A stretch of 64,000 nucleotides of DNA from Minisyncoccota bacterium (GCA_046350795.1 JAXLZT010000001.1:484705-548704), one strand, 5' to 3'. Counted from the stretch's first letter, positions 8,733 through 18,690 are shown. A program made the numbers and translations. The notes: a model not told the origin generated them from the sequence alone.

Positions 8733-10121
8733 ATGGCAAAGAAAATAGTACAAGACGTATTACCTCCAGAAAATAAAACAATCAGAAATATTCCAATATC
8801 AAGAAGACAGTCTACAATCACTCGATCAGTGCCACCCTCATCTTCTGCACGTCGAGACACTGTATCTCAAGATATTTTTGAGTCTAAACAGCTTGATAGT
8901 AGGCGACCAGAAAGAAAAAGAGAGCAACCTCAGACATATTCTAATGATTTTATTTCTCCACCAAAATTTACACAAAAAAGGAGTTTCTTTTCAAGAAAGG
9001 GTATTTGGGCCTCTTCATTTATATTTCTGATTTTATTAGCGTTTGCTACTTCATTTTTGTTTGTTAGTGCGAGCATCGAGGTGAGACCAAAAATAGAAAA
9101 AGCAAATCTAAGCATAGCTCTTTTGGCAAAAAAATCTCCACAAGCAGGTGAGCTTGGTTTTGATATTGTTACTATATCTAGGGAACTAGGTAAAAATGTA
9201 GAAGCTTCGGGTGAAGAAAAAATAGAAAAAAAAGCCTCCGGCAGAATAGTTATTTTTAATAAGTACAGCAAGTCATCTCAAAAGCTAGTAGCAAACACTC
9301 GTTTTGAAAACACAAAAGGTCAAATATATAGAATAGCTGAAGCTGTCACTATTCCTGGATATACTGTAAGTGGCGGTGAGACAGTACCTGGTAGTGTTAC
9401 TGTTACTGTGTATGCAGATCAACCAGGAGATTCATATAATTCTGGTTTGACAGATTTTACTATCCCAGGATTTAAGGGTGATCCTAGATTTAATACTATT
9501 TTCGCTAGATCTGATACTCCTATGCAGGGTGGTTTTTCCGGAATGATGAAAAAAGTCACTCCAGAACTACTTAAAAGTGCGGAAGCAGATCTAGAAACAA
9601 AACTAAAGGACCAACTTACGATAGAAGTAAAATCCCAGATCCCGGATGACTATATATTGTTTCCTGGAGCGGTTTCCTTTTCTTTTGAATCGTCTCCTCA
9701 AACAGAAGTATCAGATAATTCAGTAAAGGTGAATAGAAAGGGTACTATCGTCGGTATGATTTTTAATAAAGACCTACTCAACTCTCAGCTTGCAAAAAAC
9801 ACCCTTACACCAGCAGGATCGGGGGAAGTATATGTAGAAAATCTTGAAGAGCTTACCCTGGTTTTGCCAGAAGATGTAAAAATAGGTGGCAATATGGATA
9901 AAGACGTTTCCTTTACCCTAAAGGGTCCTGTAAAGTTTATTTGGACTTTTGACCAAAATAAGCTTAAGCAGGATTTAGCTGGAAAACCCAAGAAAAACCT
10001 AGGTTCTGTGCTTGCTTTATACCCAGCTATAGAAAAAGCAAAGGTAACCCTGAGACCTTTTTGGAAGTTTTCATTTCCAAAAAATATTGATAAAATAACG
10101 GTAAATATAAATACAAAATAA
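8733..10121 (+). CDS. hypothetical membrane-anchored protein
   Basis: A roughly 100-aa low-complexity basic N-terminus, one transmembrane helix (IWASSFIFLILLAFATSFLFV), then a large extracytoplasmic domain. Confidence 0.4.
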   Translation: MAKKIVQDVLPPENKTIRNIPISRRQSTITRSVPPSSSARRDTVSQDIFESKQLDSRRPERKREQPQTYSNDFISPPKFTQKRSFFSRKGIWASSFIFLILLAFATSFLFVSASIEVRPKIEKANLSIALLAKKSPQAGELGFDIVTISRELGKNVEASGEEKIEKKASGRIVIFNKYSKSSQKLVANTRFENTKGQIYRIAEAVTIPGYTVSGGETVPGSVTVTVYADQPGDSYNSGLTDFTIPGFKGDPRFNTIFARSDTPMQGGFSGMMKKVTPELLKSAEADLETKLKDQLTIEVKSQIPDDYILFPGAVSFSFESSPQTEVSDNSVKVNRKGTIVGMIFNKDLLNSQLAKNTLTPAGSGEVYVENLEELTLVLPEDVKIGGNMDKDVSFTLKGPVKFIWTFDQNKLKQDLAGKPKKNLGSVLALYPAIEKAKVTLRPFWKFSFPKNIDKITVNINTK

Positions 10122-10130
10122 TGAAGGTGG

Positions 10131-10158
10131 TTGACTAAATTCTATATTTTGTTAGTAT
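10131..10158 (+). promoter_or_regulatory. sigma70-type promoter (TTGACT-16-TAGTAT) for the infA-rpmJ-rpsM-rpsK-rpsD-rpoA-rplQ cluster
   Basis: Near-consensus -35 and -10 boxes with a 16-nt spacer, about 25 nt upstream of infA. Confidence 0.5.
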
Positions 10159-10180
10159 ATTTCGCATTGCCTATATTGTA

Positions 10181-10399
10181 ATGGATAAAATCAAAGAAAA
10201 GAGCCAGATTGTAGGAATTGTCACAGAAGCCTTGCCAAATACTTTTTTTAAAGTTAAATTGGAGGGCCAGGAAGAAGAGATACTTACATACCTCGCCGGT
10301 AAGATGCGACTTCATAGAATTCGCGTACTTATCGGAGATAAAGTGGCTGTGGAGCTTGACCAATACGGTGGTAAAGGTAGGATAGTAAAACGTTTATAA
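10181..10399 (+). CDS. infA: translation initiation factor IF-1
   Basis: S1-like fold sequence across all 72 aa. Confidence 0.95.
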   Translation: MDKIKEKSQIVGIVTEALPNTFFKVKLEGQEEEILTYLAGKMRLHRIRVLIGDKVAVELDQYGGKGRIVKRL

Positions 10400-10430
10400 A
10401 AAGGGTTAAAGGTAGGTAAATATTTACATA

Positions 10431-10547
10431 ATGCGAGTTAGAGCTTCAGTTAAAAAAATTTGTGCAAAATGTCAAACCGTTCGAAGGAAGGGTTATGTAT
10501 ACGTTGTGTGCAAAAGCAATCCTCGCCATAAGCAGAGACAAGGATAA
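10431..10547 (+). CDS. rpmJ: 50S ribosomal protein L36
   Basis: Hand translation gives [38 protein letters not shown] (38 aa, C-x2-C...C...H zinc ribbon). It is below the 60-aa cutoff of the ORF track. Confidence 0.95.
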   Translation: MRVRASVKKICAKCQTVRRKGYVYVVCKSNPRHKQRQG

Positions 10548-10559
10548 TTTAAATAAAAT

Positions 10560-10940
10560 ATGAGAATTTTAGGTATTACAATTCCAGAAGGAAAGAGATT
10601 GGAGATAGGACTTACAACACTATATGGTATTGGACGTCCTTTGGCTCACAAGATTTTAGAAGAGGCAAAAATCGATTTTGGAAAAAAACCAAAGGATCTA
10701 TCAGTAGATGATGAAAATACTATCAGAAGTATTATTGAAAAATTTAAAATCGAAGGAGATCTAAAACGCGAAGTTGCTGGTAATATAAAGCGCCTAAAAG
10801 ATATCAAGGCATATAGAGGTACTCGTCACGCTCGAGGTCTACCTTCTCGGGGTCAGCGTACAAAGACCAATTCTCGTACTCGTCGAGGAAACGTACGAAA
10901 GACGATGGGAAGTGGTAAGCGTGCGGTAGAAAAGAAGTAA
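10560..10940 (+). CDS. rpsM: 30S ribosomal protein S13
   Basis: Full-length match to the S13 family. Confidence 0.95.
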   Translation: MRILGITIPEGKRLEIGLTTLYGIGRPLAHKILEEAKIDFGKKPKDLSVDDENTIRSIIEKFKIEGDLKREVAGNIKRLKDIKAYRGTRHARGLPSRGQRTKTNSRTRRGNVRKTMGSGKRAVEKK

Positions 10941-10951
10941 TAAAAATAAAA

Positions 10952-11383
10952 ATGGGAAAGAAAAGAATCGTAAAAAAGGGTGAGACTGAGACAGTAGATT
11001 CTGGAGAAAAAGCTCCAGTGGTTTCTTCTAAAAAGAAGATTGATACAGGAATTTTATTTGTTCAGTCTACATACAACAACACAAAAGTTGTTCTTACAGA
11101 TGTTAAAGGTAACACTCTTTGTTGGTCTTCTAGCGGTTCTCTAGGATTTAGAGGTGCAAAGAAAGGCACACCTTTTGCTGCTGCAAAAATAGGCGAGCTT
11201 ATTGGTACAAAAGCTGCGACTATGGGAGTAAAAGAAGTGGCTGTTGTGGTAAAAGGAGTGGGTTCTGGTCGAGAATCATCTATCAGAGGTTTTATTGCAA
11301 AAGGAATTAACATTTTATCAATAAAAGATGTGACTCCGGTGCCTCACAACGGCCCGAAGCCACCTAAGCCACGTCGAGTTTAA
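10952..11383 (+). CDS. rpsK: 30S ribosomal protein S11
   Basis: Full-length match to the S11 family. Confidence 0.95.
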   Translation: MGKKRIVKKGETETVDSGEKAPVVSSKKKIDTGILFVQSTYNNTKVVLTDVKGNTLCWSSSGSLGFRGAKKGTPFAAAKIGELIGTKAATMGVKEVAVVVKGVGSGRESSIRGFIAKGINILSIKDVTPVPHNGPKPPKPRRV

Positions 11384-11404
11384 ATAAATATTGATTTAAT
11401 TTTT

Positions 11405-12016
11405 ATGATCATAGGACCAAGATACAAAATAGCGCGCAGACTAGGAGCTCCTGTATTTGAGAAAACTCAAACACAGAAGTATGTCTTGTCTCAAACACGA
11501 AAATCAAAAAATGGTGCTCGTGGACCAAAACAGAAAACAGATTTTGGTATGCAGATGAATGAAAAGCAAAAAGCGAGATTTACATATTTGCTTAGTGAAA
11601 AACAATTTTCGAATTATGTTAAAAAAGCTATGTCTGCACAAGGTACAGACAATGTCGGCGCGCTTTTTGAACTACTTGAGCGACGCTTAGACAACGTAGT
11701 GCTTCGTGGTGGTTTTGGACACACACGTTTACTTGCTCGACAAATGGTTTCTCATAATCATATAAAAGTAAACGGACATATTGTAAATATTCCATCATTT
11801 AAAGTTTCAGTAGGGGATGTAATCACTATACGAGATGGAAGTGCAAAAAAACCTCTCTTCGCAGGTCTAGAAGAAAAACTTCAAGCAAAAACAGCTCCTT
11901 CTTGGCTCAAAGTAGATTCAGTAAAGAAACAGATAGAAGTACAGGGTATACCAAAGATGGATCAGGGAGAGCTTCTGTTTGATTTAAATTCCGTTATCGA
12001 ATTTTACAGCCGATAG
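11405..12016 (+). CDS. rpsD: 30S ribosomal protein S4
   Basis: S4 N-terminal and S4 domains. Confidence 0.95.
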   Translation: MIIGPRYKIARRLGAPVFEKTQTQKYVLSQTRKSKNGARGPKQKTDFGMQMNEKQKARFTYLLSEKQFSNYVKKAMSAQGTDNVGALFELLERRLDNVVLRGGFGHTRLLARQMVSHNHIKVNGHIVNIPSFKVSVGDVITIRDGSAKKPLFAGLEEKLQAKTAPSWLKVDSVKKQIEVQGIPKMDQGELLFDLNSVIEFYSR

Positions 12017-12079
12017 TAGATAGGGTTGCCAGATTCTAAAATTAATGTATAATTTACGAGTTAAATAATTTAAATCATT

Positions 12080-13036
12080 ATGGTCCATCACAGCATTGTA
12101 TTGCCTTCAAAGCCAAAGATCGTATCAGAAGATAAGTTTTCTGCTGTCTATGAAATAGACGGACTTTATCCAGGGTATGGTCACACTTTAGGCAACTCTC
12201 TACGTCGCATCATTCTTTCTTCTCTACCAGGTGCGGCTATCACTTCTGTAAAAATAAATGGCGTAAGTCATGAGTTTTCTGTATTAGAAGGAGTGAAGGA
12301 AGATGTTATAAACATCCTTTTAAATCTAAAAAAGGTGCGTATTGCTATGCACTCTGAAGAGCCTCAAACTCTTACTCTAAAAGTAAAGGGTGTACAGGAA
12401 GTAACAGCAAAAGATATAGAAGCTAGTGGTCAGGTGTCTATACTAAATCCTGATTTGGTTATCGCTCACATTACAGACAAAAATACTGAGCTTTCAATGG
12501 AGATAACTGTAGAAAAAGGACTTGGATATGTTTCAAAAGAAGTGATTCAAAAAAATCGTGTTGATATAGGCACTATCACTCTTGATGCAGTATTTTCTCC
12601 GATCAAAAAAGTAAGTTATGAAGTAGAAAATATGCGTGTTGGTGATCGTACAGATTTCAACAGACTTCGCATTTCTATAGAAACAGACGGAACAATGACT
12701 CCTCATGAAGCTCTAGAAAAGTCTATTGAAATAAGTATCAACCAATTGAAAGCTATCATTGGCTTCAAAGAAGAAGAGATGCCAGAATCTCCAAAGTCTG
12801 CTTCTGAAGAGTCAGAAGAAAAGAAAGAGATTGATCCAGAATTTTTGAAAACTCGTATTGAGTCTCTAAACCTTTCAGCGCGCACAATGAATGCTTTGAC
12901 TTCTGCAAATATTCGCACTGCAGGTGGTCTCGTGAGAAAGAAAGAAAAAGATATTGCAGAAATAGAAGGTCTTGGTACAAAGGGTGTACTTGAGATCAAG
13001 AAAGTATTGAAAGAATACGGCGTAACATTAAAGTAA
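12080..13036 (+). CDS. rpoA: DNA-directed RNA polymerase subunit alpha
   Basis: Alpha N-terminal domain and C-terminal domain sequence. Confidence 0.95.
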   Translation: MVHHSIVLPSKPKIVSEDKFSAVYEIDGLYPGYGHTLGNSLRRIILSSLPGAAITSVKINGVSHEFSVLEGVKEDVINILLNLKKVRIAMHSEEPQTLTLKVKGVQEVTAKDIEASGQVSILNPDLVIAHITDKNTELSMEITVEKGLGYVSKEVIQKNRVDIGTITLDAVFSPIKKVSYEVENMRVGDRTDFNRLRISIETDGTMTPHEALEKSIEISINQLKAIIGFKEEEMPESPKSASEESEEKKEIDPEFLKTRIESLNLSARTMNALTSANIRTAGGLVRKKEKDIAEIEGLGTKGVLEIKKVLKEYGVTLK

Positions 13037-13051
13037 GATTTAAATAATCCC

Positions 13052-13399
13052 ATGCGACATCACAGCTCAAAAAAGAAATTCGGTCTAAAAAGAAATCAGA
13101 GAAACGCTCTTGTTGCATCTCTCGCACTTTCTCTTATCCTTAATGAAAAAATAAAAACAACAGAAGTAAAAGCAAAGGCTTTGCGACCAGTTGTAGAAAA
13201 GTTAGTTTCAAAAGGAAAGACAAACTCTGTAGCTTCAAGAAGACTTCTTTCAGCTAGAGTTGGTGATGAGGGCGCAAAAAAGCTTGTAGATGTATTGGGT
13301 CCAAAGTATAAAGATAGAAAAGGTGGATACACAAGAATAGTAAAGCTAGGTACTCGTCCAAGTGACCGAGCATCTATGGCCGTTATCGAATTTGTATAA
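13052..13399 (+). CDS. rplQ: 50S ribosomal protein L17
   Basis: Match to the L17 family. Confidence 0.95.
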   Translation: MRHHSSKKKFGLKRNQRNALVASLALSLILNEKIKTTEVKAKALRPVVEKLVSKGKTNSVASRRLLSARVGDEGAKKLVDVLGPKYKDRKGGYTRIVKLGTRPSDRASMAVIEFV

Positions 13400-13404
13400 T
13401 ATTT

Positions 13405-13749
13405 ATGAAACACACAATAGACGCAACTGACAAAAGATTGGGAAGAGTAGCTAGTGAAGCTGCAAAGATTTTATCTGGAAAACAAACTACTCACTACGTA
13501 CGTAACGCTGTAGAGGGGGTGACTGTAAACATCATAAATGCTTCAAAGGTAAAAATTGATGTTAAGAAACTAAAAGAAAAAGAATATATTACTTATACTG
13601 GTTTTCCAGGAGGATTGAAAAATAAGACAGCCCTACAGCTTATGGCTAAAAAAGGTTACTCAGGTCTTTTTGTAGAAGCTGTATATGGTATGCTTCCGAT
13701 CAACAAGCTTCGAGCAAAAATAATAAAGAATCTAATCGTTACTGAATAA
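13405..13749 (+). CDS. rplM: 50S ribosomal protein L13
   Basis: Match to the L13 family. Confidence 0.95.
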   Translation: MKHTIDATDKRLGRVASEAAKILSGKQTTHYVRNAVEGVTVNIINASKVKIDVKKLKEKEYITYTGFPGGLKNKTALQLMAKKGYSGLFVEAVYGMLPINKLRAKIIKNLIVTE

Positions 13750-13750
13750 T

Positions 13751-14149
13751 ATGAATACAGAAAAATACATAGAAACAATTGGTAGACGAAAAACTTCTGT
13801 AGCTCGAGTCAGAATGACAGAAGCTTCAAAAAATACTATTGTCATAAACGACAAAGAGTACGATGTTTATTTCCCAACTACAGCATTGAGAATCGTAGGG
13901 AAAGAAGCTCTAGCGACATCAAAAACTCCAATAAAATTTAAAATTACTGCTGTTATAAAAGGCGGAGGTATTAGTTCTCAAGCTCAAGCTCTAAGACATG
14001 GTATTTCTCGTGGTCTTGTAGAGTTTGATGCTGAGCTACGAAAGAGTCTAAAATCTTCTGGTTTGCTAAAGCGAGATGCTCGTGCAAAAGAACGACGCAA
14101 ATTCGGTCTCAAGAAAGCTCGAAAGGCTCCTCAGTGGTCAAAGCGCTAG
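13751..14149 (+). CDS. rpsI: 30S ribosomal protein S9
   Basis: S9 family with the C-terminal KKxRKAPQ(W/F)SKR. Confidence 0.95.
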   Translation: MNTEKYIETIGRRKTSVARVRMTEASKNTIVINDKEYDVYFPTTALRIVGKEALATSKTPIKFKITAVIKGGGISSQAQALRHGISRGLVEFDAELRKSLKSSGLLKRDARAKERRKFGLKKARKAPQWSKR

Positions 14150-14152
14150 TTT

Positions 14153-14183
14153 TATAAAAAAATAGGACGGTCCGTGTGGACCG
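14153..14183 (-). terminator. intrinsic terminator for the minus-strand GC-rich small gene (CGGTCC-gtgt-GGACCG followed by a T8 tract on the minus strand)
   Basis: A perfect 6-bp GC stem with a 4-nt loop. The U-tract lies on the minus strand only, with an A-tract on the plus side. Confidence 0.6.
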
Positions 14184-14215
14184 CCCTTGGTTGTGGCTTC
14201 TTCCGACTTGTCAGC

Positions 14216-14377
14216 TCACAGCCAGATCGGCTGCGGGAGCTTGGGGCTGGAGATGATGCGACCCAAGTAGACCTTGACGTGAAGCGTCTTGGACGACTTG
14301 CGTCCCTTGTCATCGAAGTGGTGGACGACCACTTCCGCCTTCGTTCTCGTCTTGTTCTTGCTGATGATCTTGACCAT
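14216..14377 (-). CDS. hypothetical small basic protein (53 aa) in GC-rich cassette A
   Basis: Hand translation gives MVKIISKNKTRTKAEVVVHHFDDKGRKSSKTLHVKVYLGRIISSPKLPQPIWL. GGGG Shine-Dalgarno 6 nt upstream. Codons end in G/C (aag, gtc, atc, ctc), unlike the neighbours. The unit has its own promoter and terminator. The ORF track only showed the longer overlapping frames at 14152..14481 (-) and 14174..14407 (+), which look non-coding. Confidence 0.5.
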   Translation of the reverse strand: MVKIISKNKTRTKAEVVVHHFDDKGRKSSKTLHVKVYLGRIISSPKLPQPIWL

Positions 14378-14410
14378 TTCGGACCCCTTTCAGAAGTGTA
14401 CGAATGACAT

Positions 14411-14429
14411 GTGACTGAACACCAGTCAC
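14411..14429. promoter_or_regulatory. perfect inverted repeat GTGACTG-N5-CAGTCAC at the 5-prime end of the cassette-A transcript, upstream of grpE
   Basis: A 7-bp perfect palindromic arm pair lying between the cassette-A -10 box and its Shine-Dalgarno, and roughly 100 nt upstream of grpE. Confidence 0.45.
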
Positions 14430-14435
14430 AATACA

Positions 14436-14463
14436 AGTATAACATGTATATATATTTTGTCAA
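14436..14463 (-). promoter_or_regulatory. sigma70-type promoter TTGACA-16-TATACT (minus strand) for cassette A
   Basis: Consensus -35 box with 5/6 match in the -10 box and a 16-nt spacer. Confidence 0.55.
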
Positions 14464-14533
14464 GTAGAACGAATAACTCAATTTTGCCTATAATATTGAA
14501 ACCATGGTCGTGTTTTGATAACATACTGTTGTT

Positions 14534-15115
14534 ATGAAGGATAAAAATCTATCTAAAAACGAAAACGAAGAGCAAATGGACGAAGAAATCGTTTTTGAAA
14601 ATGATGCTGAATTTGCAGAAAAAGATCCAAAGCAATCTCTCGACAAACTCCGTAAAAAATTAAAAGAAACAGAAGCAGAAAAACAAGAATACCTAGACGG
14701 ATGGCAGAGAGCCAAAGCTGATTTCATAAATTCACGCAAAAGAGACGCAGATCTCCAAGCTGATATAATAAAATTCGCAAACGAAAATTTAATTTCAGAT
14801 ATCATTCCAGTCCTCGACAGCTTTGATATGGCGATGCAAAACAAAGAAGCTTGGGAAAAGGCACCAAAAGATTGGAGAGTCGGAGTCGAGTATATTTACA
14901 ATCAACTTTTAGGAGTACTCACTCAAAATGGATTAAAACAATTCAACCCAATAGGGCAAAATTTTGATCCAAAACTCCATGAAGCCGTCGACACAATAGA
15001 AACGAATGATTCAGGTGAAGATGGGAAAATTTTGGAGGTTTTGCAAAAAGGTTATAGTCTTAATGAAAAGCAAATACGTTCGGCAAAAGTAAAAACCGGT
15101 AAATTTGTAGGATAA
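14534..15115 (+). CDS. grpE: nucleotide exchange factor GrpE
   Basis: GrpE coiled-coil and beta domain; operon context with dnaK-dnaJ. Confidence 0.9.
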   Translation: MKDKNLSKNENEEQMDEEIVFENDAEFAEKDPKQSLDKLRKKLKETEAEKQEYLDGWQRAKADFINSRKRDADLQADIIKFANENLISDIIPVLDSFDMAMQNKEAWEKAPKDWRVGVEYIYNQLLGVLTQNGLKQFNPIGQNFDPKLHEAVDTIETNDSGEDGKILEVLQKGYSLNEKQIRSAKVKTGKFVG

Positions 15116-15140
15116 ATTAATAACTAATACAAATAAAATT

Positions 15141-17045
15141 ATGGCAAAAGTAATAGGAATTGATTTGGGAACAACAAACTCTGCTGTGGCTGTAATGGAA
15201 GTCGGTGGACCAAAAATACTTGAGAACGCTGAGGGTGCACGTACTACACCTTCTATTGTTGCTATATCAAAAAGCGGTGAGCGCACAGTCGGTCTACTTG
15301 CAAAGCGCCAAGCTGTAACAAATCCAAAGAATACAATTTTCGGAATCAAGCGCTTTATCGGTCACACATTTGAAGATCCAGCAGTACAAAAAGACAAAGC
15401 GACAGTGCCGTATGACATTAGCGCTTCGGGAGACGGCGGTGTGCTCGTAAAAATGGGCGACAAAGACTACAGACCAGAAGAAATATCTGCAATGATTTTG
15501 TCTAAACTAAAAGCAGATGCAGAAGCTCGTCTCGGCGAAAAAGTTACAGAAGCTATCATCACTGTGCCTGCGTATTTCAATGATGCACAAAGAAAAGCAA
15601 CAAAAGATGCGGGAAAAATCGCTGGCTTGGATGTAAAAAGAATCATCAATGAGCCTACAGCTGCGGCTCTCGCATACGGATTTAATAAAAAGAAAGACGA
15701 AAAGATTGTTGTCTTTGATTTTGGAGGAGGAACATTTGATATTTCTGTACTCGAAGTGGGTGGTGACGTGGTAGAAGTAAAATCAACAGACGGCGACAGT
15801 CATCTCGGAGGAAAAGATATTGATCAAAAGATTATTCATTTCCTTGCTGATGAATTTAAAAAAGAAAACGGCATTGATCTCACAAAAGATGCTTTTGCTC
15901 TACAGCGTCTAGATGAAGCTGCAGAAAAAGCAAAAATCGAGCTATCTACTGCCGTAGAAACAGAAATAAATATTCCTTTCATTACATCTGATGCTTCCGG
16001 CCCAAAACATTTTGTCATGAAAATGACTCGCACAAAGCTAGAGGAGCTCTGCGCTGAGTTTATCGACCGCGCTATCATGATCACAAAGCGCGCAATGGAA
16101 GCTTCTCCTTTCAAGATGGCTGAAATAAACGAAGTTGTGCTCGTAGGAGGACAGACTCGTATGCCAAAAATTCAACAAGCTGTAAAAGAGCTTTTTGGAA
16201 AAGAGCCAAATCTATCTATCAATCCTGACGAAGTGGTAGCGCTCGGTGCTGCACTACAAGGAGGTATCATTACAGGAGATGTAAAAGATGTTTTGCTTCT
16301 CGACGTTATTCCTCTTTCTCTTGGTATTGAAACAATGGGTGGCGTAGCTACGCATCTCATTTCAAAAAACACTACTATCCCTGCTTCAAAGTCACAAACT
16401 TTTTCTACTGCCGCTGACAGTCAAACATCTGTGGAGATTCACATCGTGCAAGGTGAGCGACCAATGGCGAGCGACAACAAAAGCCTCGGTAAATTTATTC
16501 TCGACGGCATTCCACCAGCGCCTCGCGGTGTGCCTCAGGTAGAAGTGACTTTTGATATTGATGCCAACGGTATTTTGAGCGTAAAAGCAAAAGACAAAAC
16601 TACTGGCAAGGAGCAGTCTATCCGCATCGAAGCAAGCTCTGGTCTTTCAAAAGAAGAGATTGATAGAATGCAAAAAGAAGCAGAAATGCATGCCACAGAA
16701 GATGCAAAGAAAAAAGAAATCATTGAAGCAAAAAATATTGCTGAGCAAATGATTTATACTGCAGAAAAATCTCTAAAAGATAATGAGGGAAAAATCAGTG
16801 ATGAAATAAAAGCAGGTGTAAACGAAAAGGTTACCGCTCTAAAAGCTGTAAAAGATGGTACTGACAAGGAAGCTATCATGAAAGCAACGACTGAACTTTC
16901 TACAGAAATGCAGAAAATAGGCGAATATATGGCCAAAAATGCCCCTCAGAGTGCTCCAAATGCTGGCAACGACTCAACTACCGAAGGCCCTGTTAGAGAC
17001 GCTAATTTTGAGGAAAAGAAGGATGGCGAAGCACCTAAGGCTTAA
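15141..17045 (+). CDS. dnaK: molecular chaperone DnaK (Hsp70)
   Basis: IDLGTTNS and the other Hsp70 signatures; 634 aa. Confidence 0.97.
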   Translation: MAKVIGIDLGTTNSAVAVMEVGGPKILENAEGARTTPSIVAISKSGERTVGLLAKRQAVTNPKNTIFGIKRFIGHTFEDPAVQKDKATVPYDISASGDGGVLVKMGDKDYRPEEISAMILSKLKADAEARLGEKVTEAIITVPAYFNDAQRKATKDAGKIAGLDVKRIINEPTAAALAYGFNKKKDEKIVVFDFGGGTFDISVLEVGGDVVEVKSTDGDSHLGGKDIDQKIIHFLADEFKKENGIDLTKDAFALQRLDEAAEKAKIELSTAVETEINIPFITSDASGPKHFVMKMTRTKLEELCAEFIDRAIMITKRAMEASPFKMAEINEVVLVGGQTRMPKIQQAVKELFGKEPNLSINPDEVVALGAALQGGIITGDVKDVLLLDVIPLSLGIETMGGVATHLISKNTTIPASKSQTFSTAADSQTSVEIHIVQGERPMASDNKSLGKFILDGIPPAPRGVPQVEVTFDIDANGILSVKAKDKTTGKEQSIRIEASSGLSKEEIDRMQKEAEMHATEDAKKKEIIEAKNIAEQMIYTAEKSLKDNEGKISDEIKAGVNEKVTALKAVKDGTDKEAIMKATTELSTEMQKIGEYMAKNAPQSAPNAGNDSTTEGPVRDANFEEKKDGEAPKA

Positions 17046-17052
17046 ATAAAAT

Positions 17053-18135
17053 ATGGCAAAAGATTTTTACGAAACACTTGGCGTAAAAAAAGACGCTTCA
17101 AAAGACGAGATAAAAAAAGCGTTTCGTAAGCTCGCGCATCAATATCATCCAGACAAACAAGGTGGTGATGAAAAAAAGTTTAAAGAAGTAAACGAAGCAT
17201 ATAGCGTGCTTTCTGATGACAAAAAAAGATCAGAGTACGATACATACGGACAAACTTTTGGCGGAGGTGGCCCGGGCGCTGGTGGTTTCGGTGGAGGTTT
17301 CAGTGGCCAAGGTTTTGGTGACTTCGATTTCTCTCAATTTACAGGCGGACAAGGTTTTGATTTTGGAGATATTTTTGGTGACATCTTTGGTGGCGGACAG
17401 CGAGCACGTACAAAACGCGGACGCGATATTTCTATCGACATAGAGCTCACATTTTCTGAGTCTGTTTTCGGCGTAAACAGAAAAATTCTTTTAAACAAAA
17501 CATCTAGCTGTGAAAGATGTAAAGGTGAAGGCGGTGAGCCAGGTACAGAGATGCACACTTGCAAGACTTGCAATGGCAAAGGAAAAATTCGCGATGTAAA
17601 ACGCACTATCCTTGGATCTATTGCGACCGAGCGTATTTGTGAAGATTGTCGCGGAAAAGGCAAGACTCCAAAAGAAAAATGTAAAGAGTGTAAAGGTCTT
17701 GGCGTAGTGAAAAAAGAGCAAGAGATCGACCTAAAAATCCCTGCGGGAATAGATGATGGAGAAATGATGCGCATGACTGGCGCAGGTGAAGCTGTCGCTG
17801 GTGGCGTGCCTGGAGATTTGTATATAAAAATTCATGTAAAAAAGCATCCAATTTTCCGCAAAGAAGGCAACAATCTAGTGATGGACATGAATATCAAGCT
17901 CTCTGACGCGCTTTTGGGAGGTGTGCGTACCGTGAGTACTTTAGATGGAGATATAAAAGTGACTATTCCAGAAAATATTACTTTCGGTGAGATACTTCGT
18001 GTAAAAGGAAAAGGTGTACCTACAGACAAAAGTCATCGCGGAGATATTTTGATAAAAATAAATATAGAGCTACCACGCCGACTTTCAAAAGAAGCCAAAA
18101 AGCTCGTCGAGCAACTCAAAAAAGAGGGGGTGTAG
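17053..18135 (+). CDS. dnaJ: molecular chaperone DnaJ
   Basis: J-domain HPD, Gly/Phe-rich linker and four CxxCxGxG zinc-finger repeats. Confidence 0.95.
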   Translation: MAKDFYETLGVKKDASKDEIKKAFRKLAHQYHPDKQGGDEKKFKEVNEAYSVLSDDKKRSEYDTYGQTFGGGGPGAGGFGGGFSGQGFGDFDFSQFTGGQGFDFGDIFGDIFGGGQRARTKRGRDISIDIELTFSESVFGVNRKILLNKTSSCERCKGEGGEPGTEMHTCKTCNGKGKIRDVKRTILGSIATERICEDCRGKGKTPKEKCKECKGLGVVKKEQEIDLKIPAGIDDGEMMRMTGAGEAVAGGVPGDLYIKIHVKKHPIFRKEGNNLVMDMNIKLSDALLGGVRTVSTLDGDIKVTIPENITFGEILRVKGKGVPTDKSHRGDILIKINIELPRRLSKEAKKLVEQLKKEGV

Positions 18136-18148
18136 GAAATCTTTATCA

Positions 18149-18176
18149 TTTGACCCCTGCACCTCGACCATATATT
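18149..18176 (+). promoter_or_regulatory. candidate promoter (TTTGAC-16-TATATT) for GC-rich cassette B
   Basis: Hexamer matches about 55 nt upstream of the cassette-B ATG. Confidence 0.35.
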
Positions 18177-18229
18177 ATTCCGTCAGGTTAAGGTCTTTTA
18201 CCCCCAAACTCCGAAAGGAAAGAAGCATC

Positions 18230-18628
18230 ATGCCGAAAAAAGAAAAACGCAAAGTTTCCGGTGTGCTTGGAAGGCGAGCGCTTCGCCTCCCACTTCAGCT
18301 CGAAAGGCTCAAACACCCGGATTCCTGGCTTGAGCGAATGGTGGCACGTATGTGGCATAAAGAGAATGCTGTTCTTCCTGCACCGTTCCCGTTTGTGCTC
18401 GGTGCTCAACCACCAGCTTTCTCGGGCAGGGTCAGAGCCATTCTGAATGAGGGCAACCCCAGCCGTCGTGACGTTGAAATCGTCAACTCGACTATCCAGT
18501 GGCTTGGTACCGGGGTCGGTATCTGTTTCTGTAGGGAGGTCGTAGAGACCTACAATCGAGAACTGGTGAAGCGCAGGCAAGCACGACGACGCAAGATGCA
18601 GAAAGCATCTGGCACGAAGACCTCCTAA
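18230..18628 (+). CDS. hypothetical basic protein (132 aa) in GC-rich cassette B
   Basis: A GC-rich ORF with G/C-ending codons and Lys/Arg-rich termini. Upstream promoter-like hexamers and its own terminator are present. The equally long antisense ORF 18188..18580 lacks these signals. Confidence 0.45.
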   Translation: MPKKEKRKVSGVLGRRALRLPLQLERLKHPDSWLERMVARMWHKENAVLPAPFPFVLGAQPPAFSGRVRAILNEGNPSRRDVEIVNSTIQWLGTGVGICFCREVVETYNRELVKRRQARRRKMQKASGTKTS

Positions 18629-18646
18629 CGGGGGTTTTCTTTTTTA
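18619..18646 (+). terminator. intrinsic terminator of cassette B (GACCTCC-taac-GGGGGTT followed by a T-rich tract)
   Basis: Stem with a G-U wobble followed by TTTTCTTTTTT; the stop codon sits in the loop. Confidence 0.5.
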
Positions 18647-18654
18647 TAAAAAAC

Positions 18655-18683
18655 TTTCAAAACCCGCGCCATTCTGCTATTAT
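18655..18683 (+). promoter_or_regulatory. candidate promoter (TTTCAA-17-TATTAT) for trpS, giving a leaderless transcript
   Basis: The -10 box ends 7 nt before the trpS ATG and there is no Shine-Dalgarno. Confidence 0.35.
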
Positions 18684-18690
18684 TTCCAAT

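Noticed and set aside
14152-14481. 109-aa minus ORF and 77-aa plus ORF (14174..14407) covering GC-rich cassette A
   Set aside because: Both are Arg/Ser/Leu-rich low-complexity translations typical of off-frame reads of GC-rich DNA. The promoter, Shine-Dalgarno and terminator fit the shorter 53-aa frame instead. The 109-aa frame would read through the terminator hairpin.
15467-16936. Multiple 60-90-aa minus-strand ORFs inside dnaK (15467..15649, 15836..16114, 16172..16372, 16535..16723, 16754..16936)
   Set aside because: They are antisense to a highly conserved, confidently called gene. Their Ser/Ala/Phe-rich composition is typical of the reverse frames of a Lys/Glu-rich gene.
18188-18580. 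130-aa minus-strand ORF overlapping cassette B
   Set aside because: It is equally long, but it lacks the promoter and terminator signals present for the plus-strand frame, which has a terminator with a U-tract at 18619-18646.
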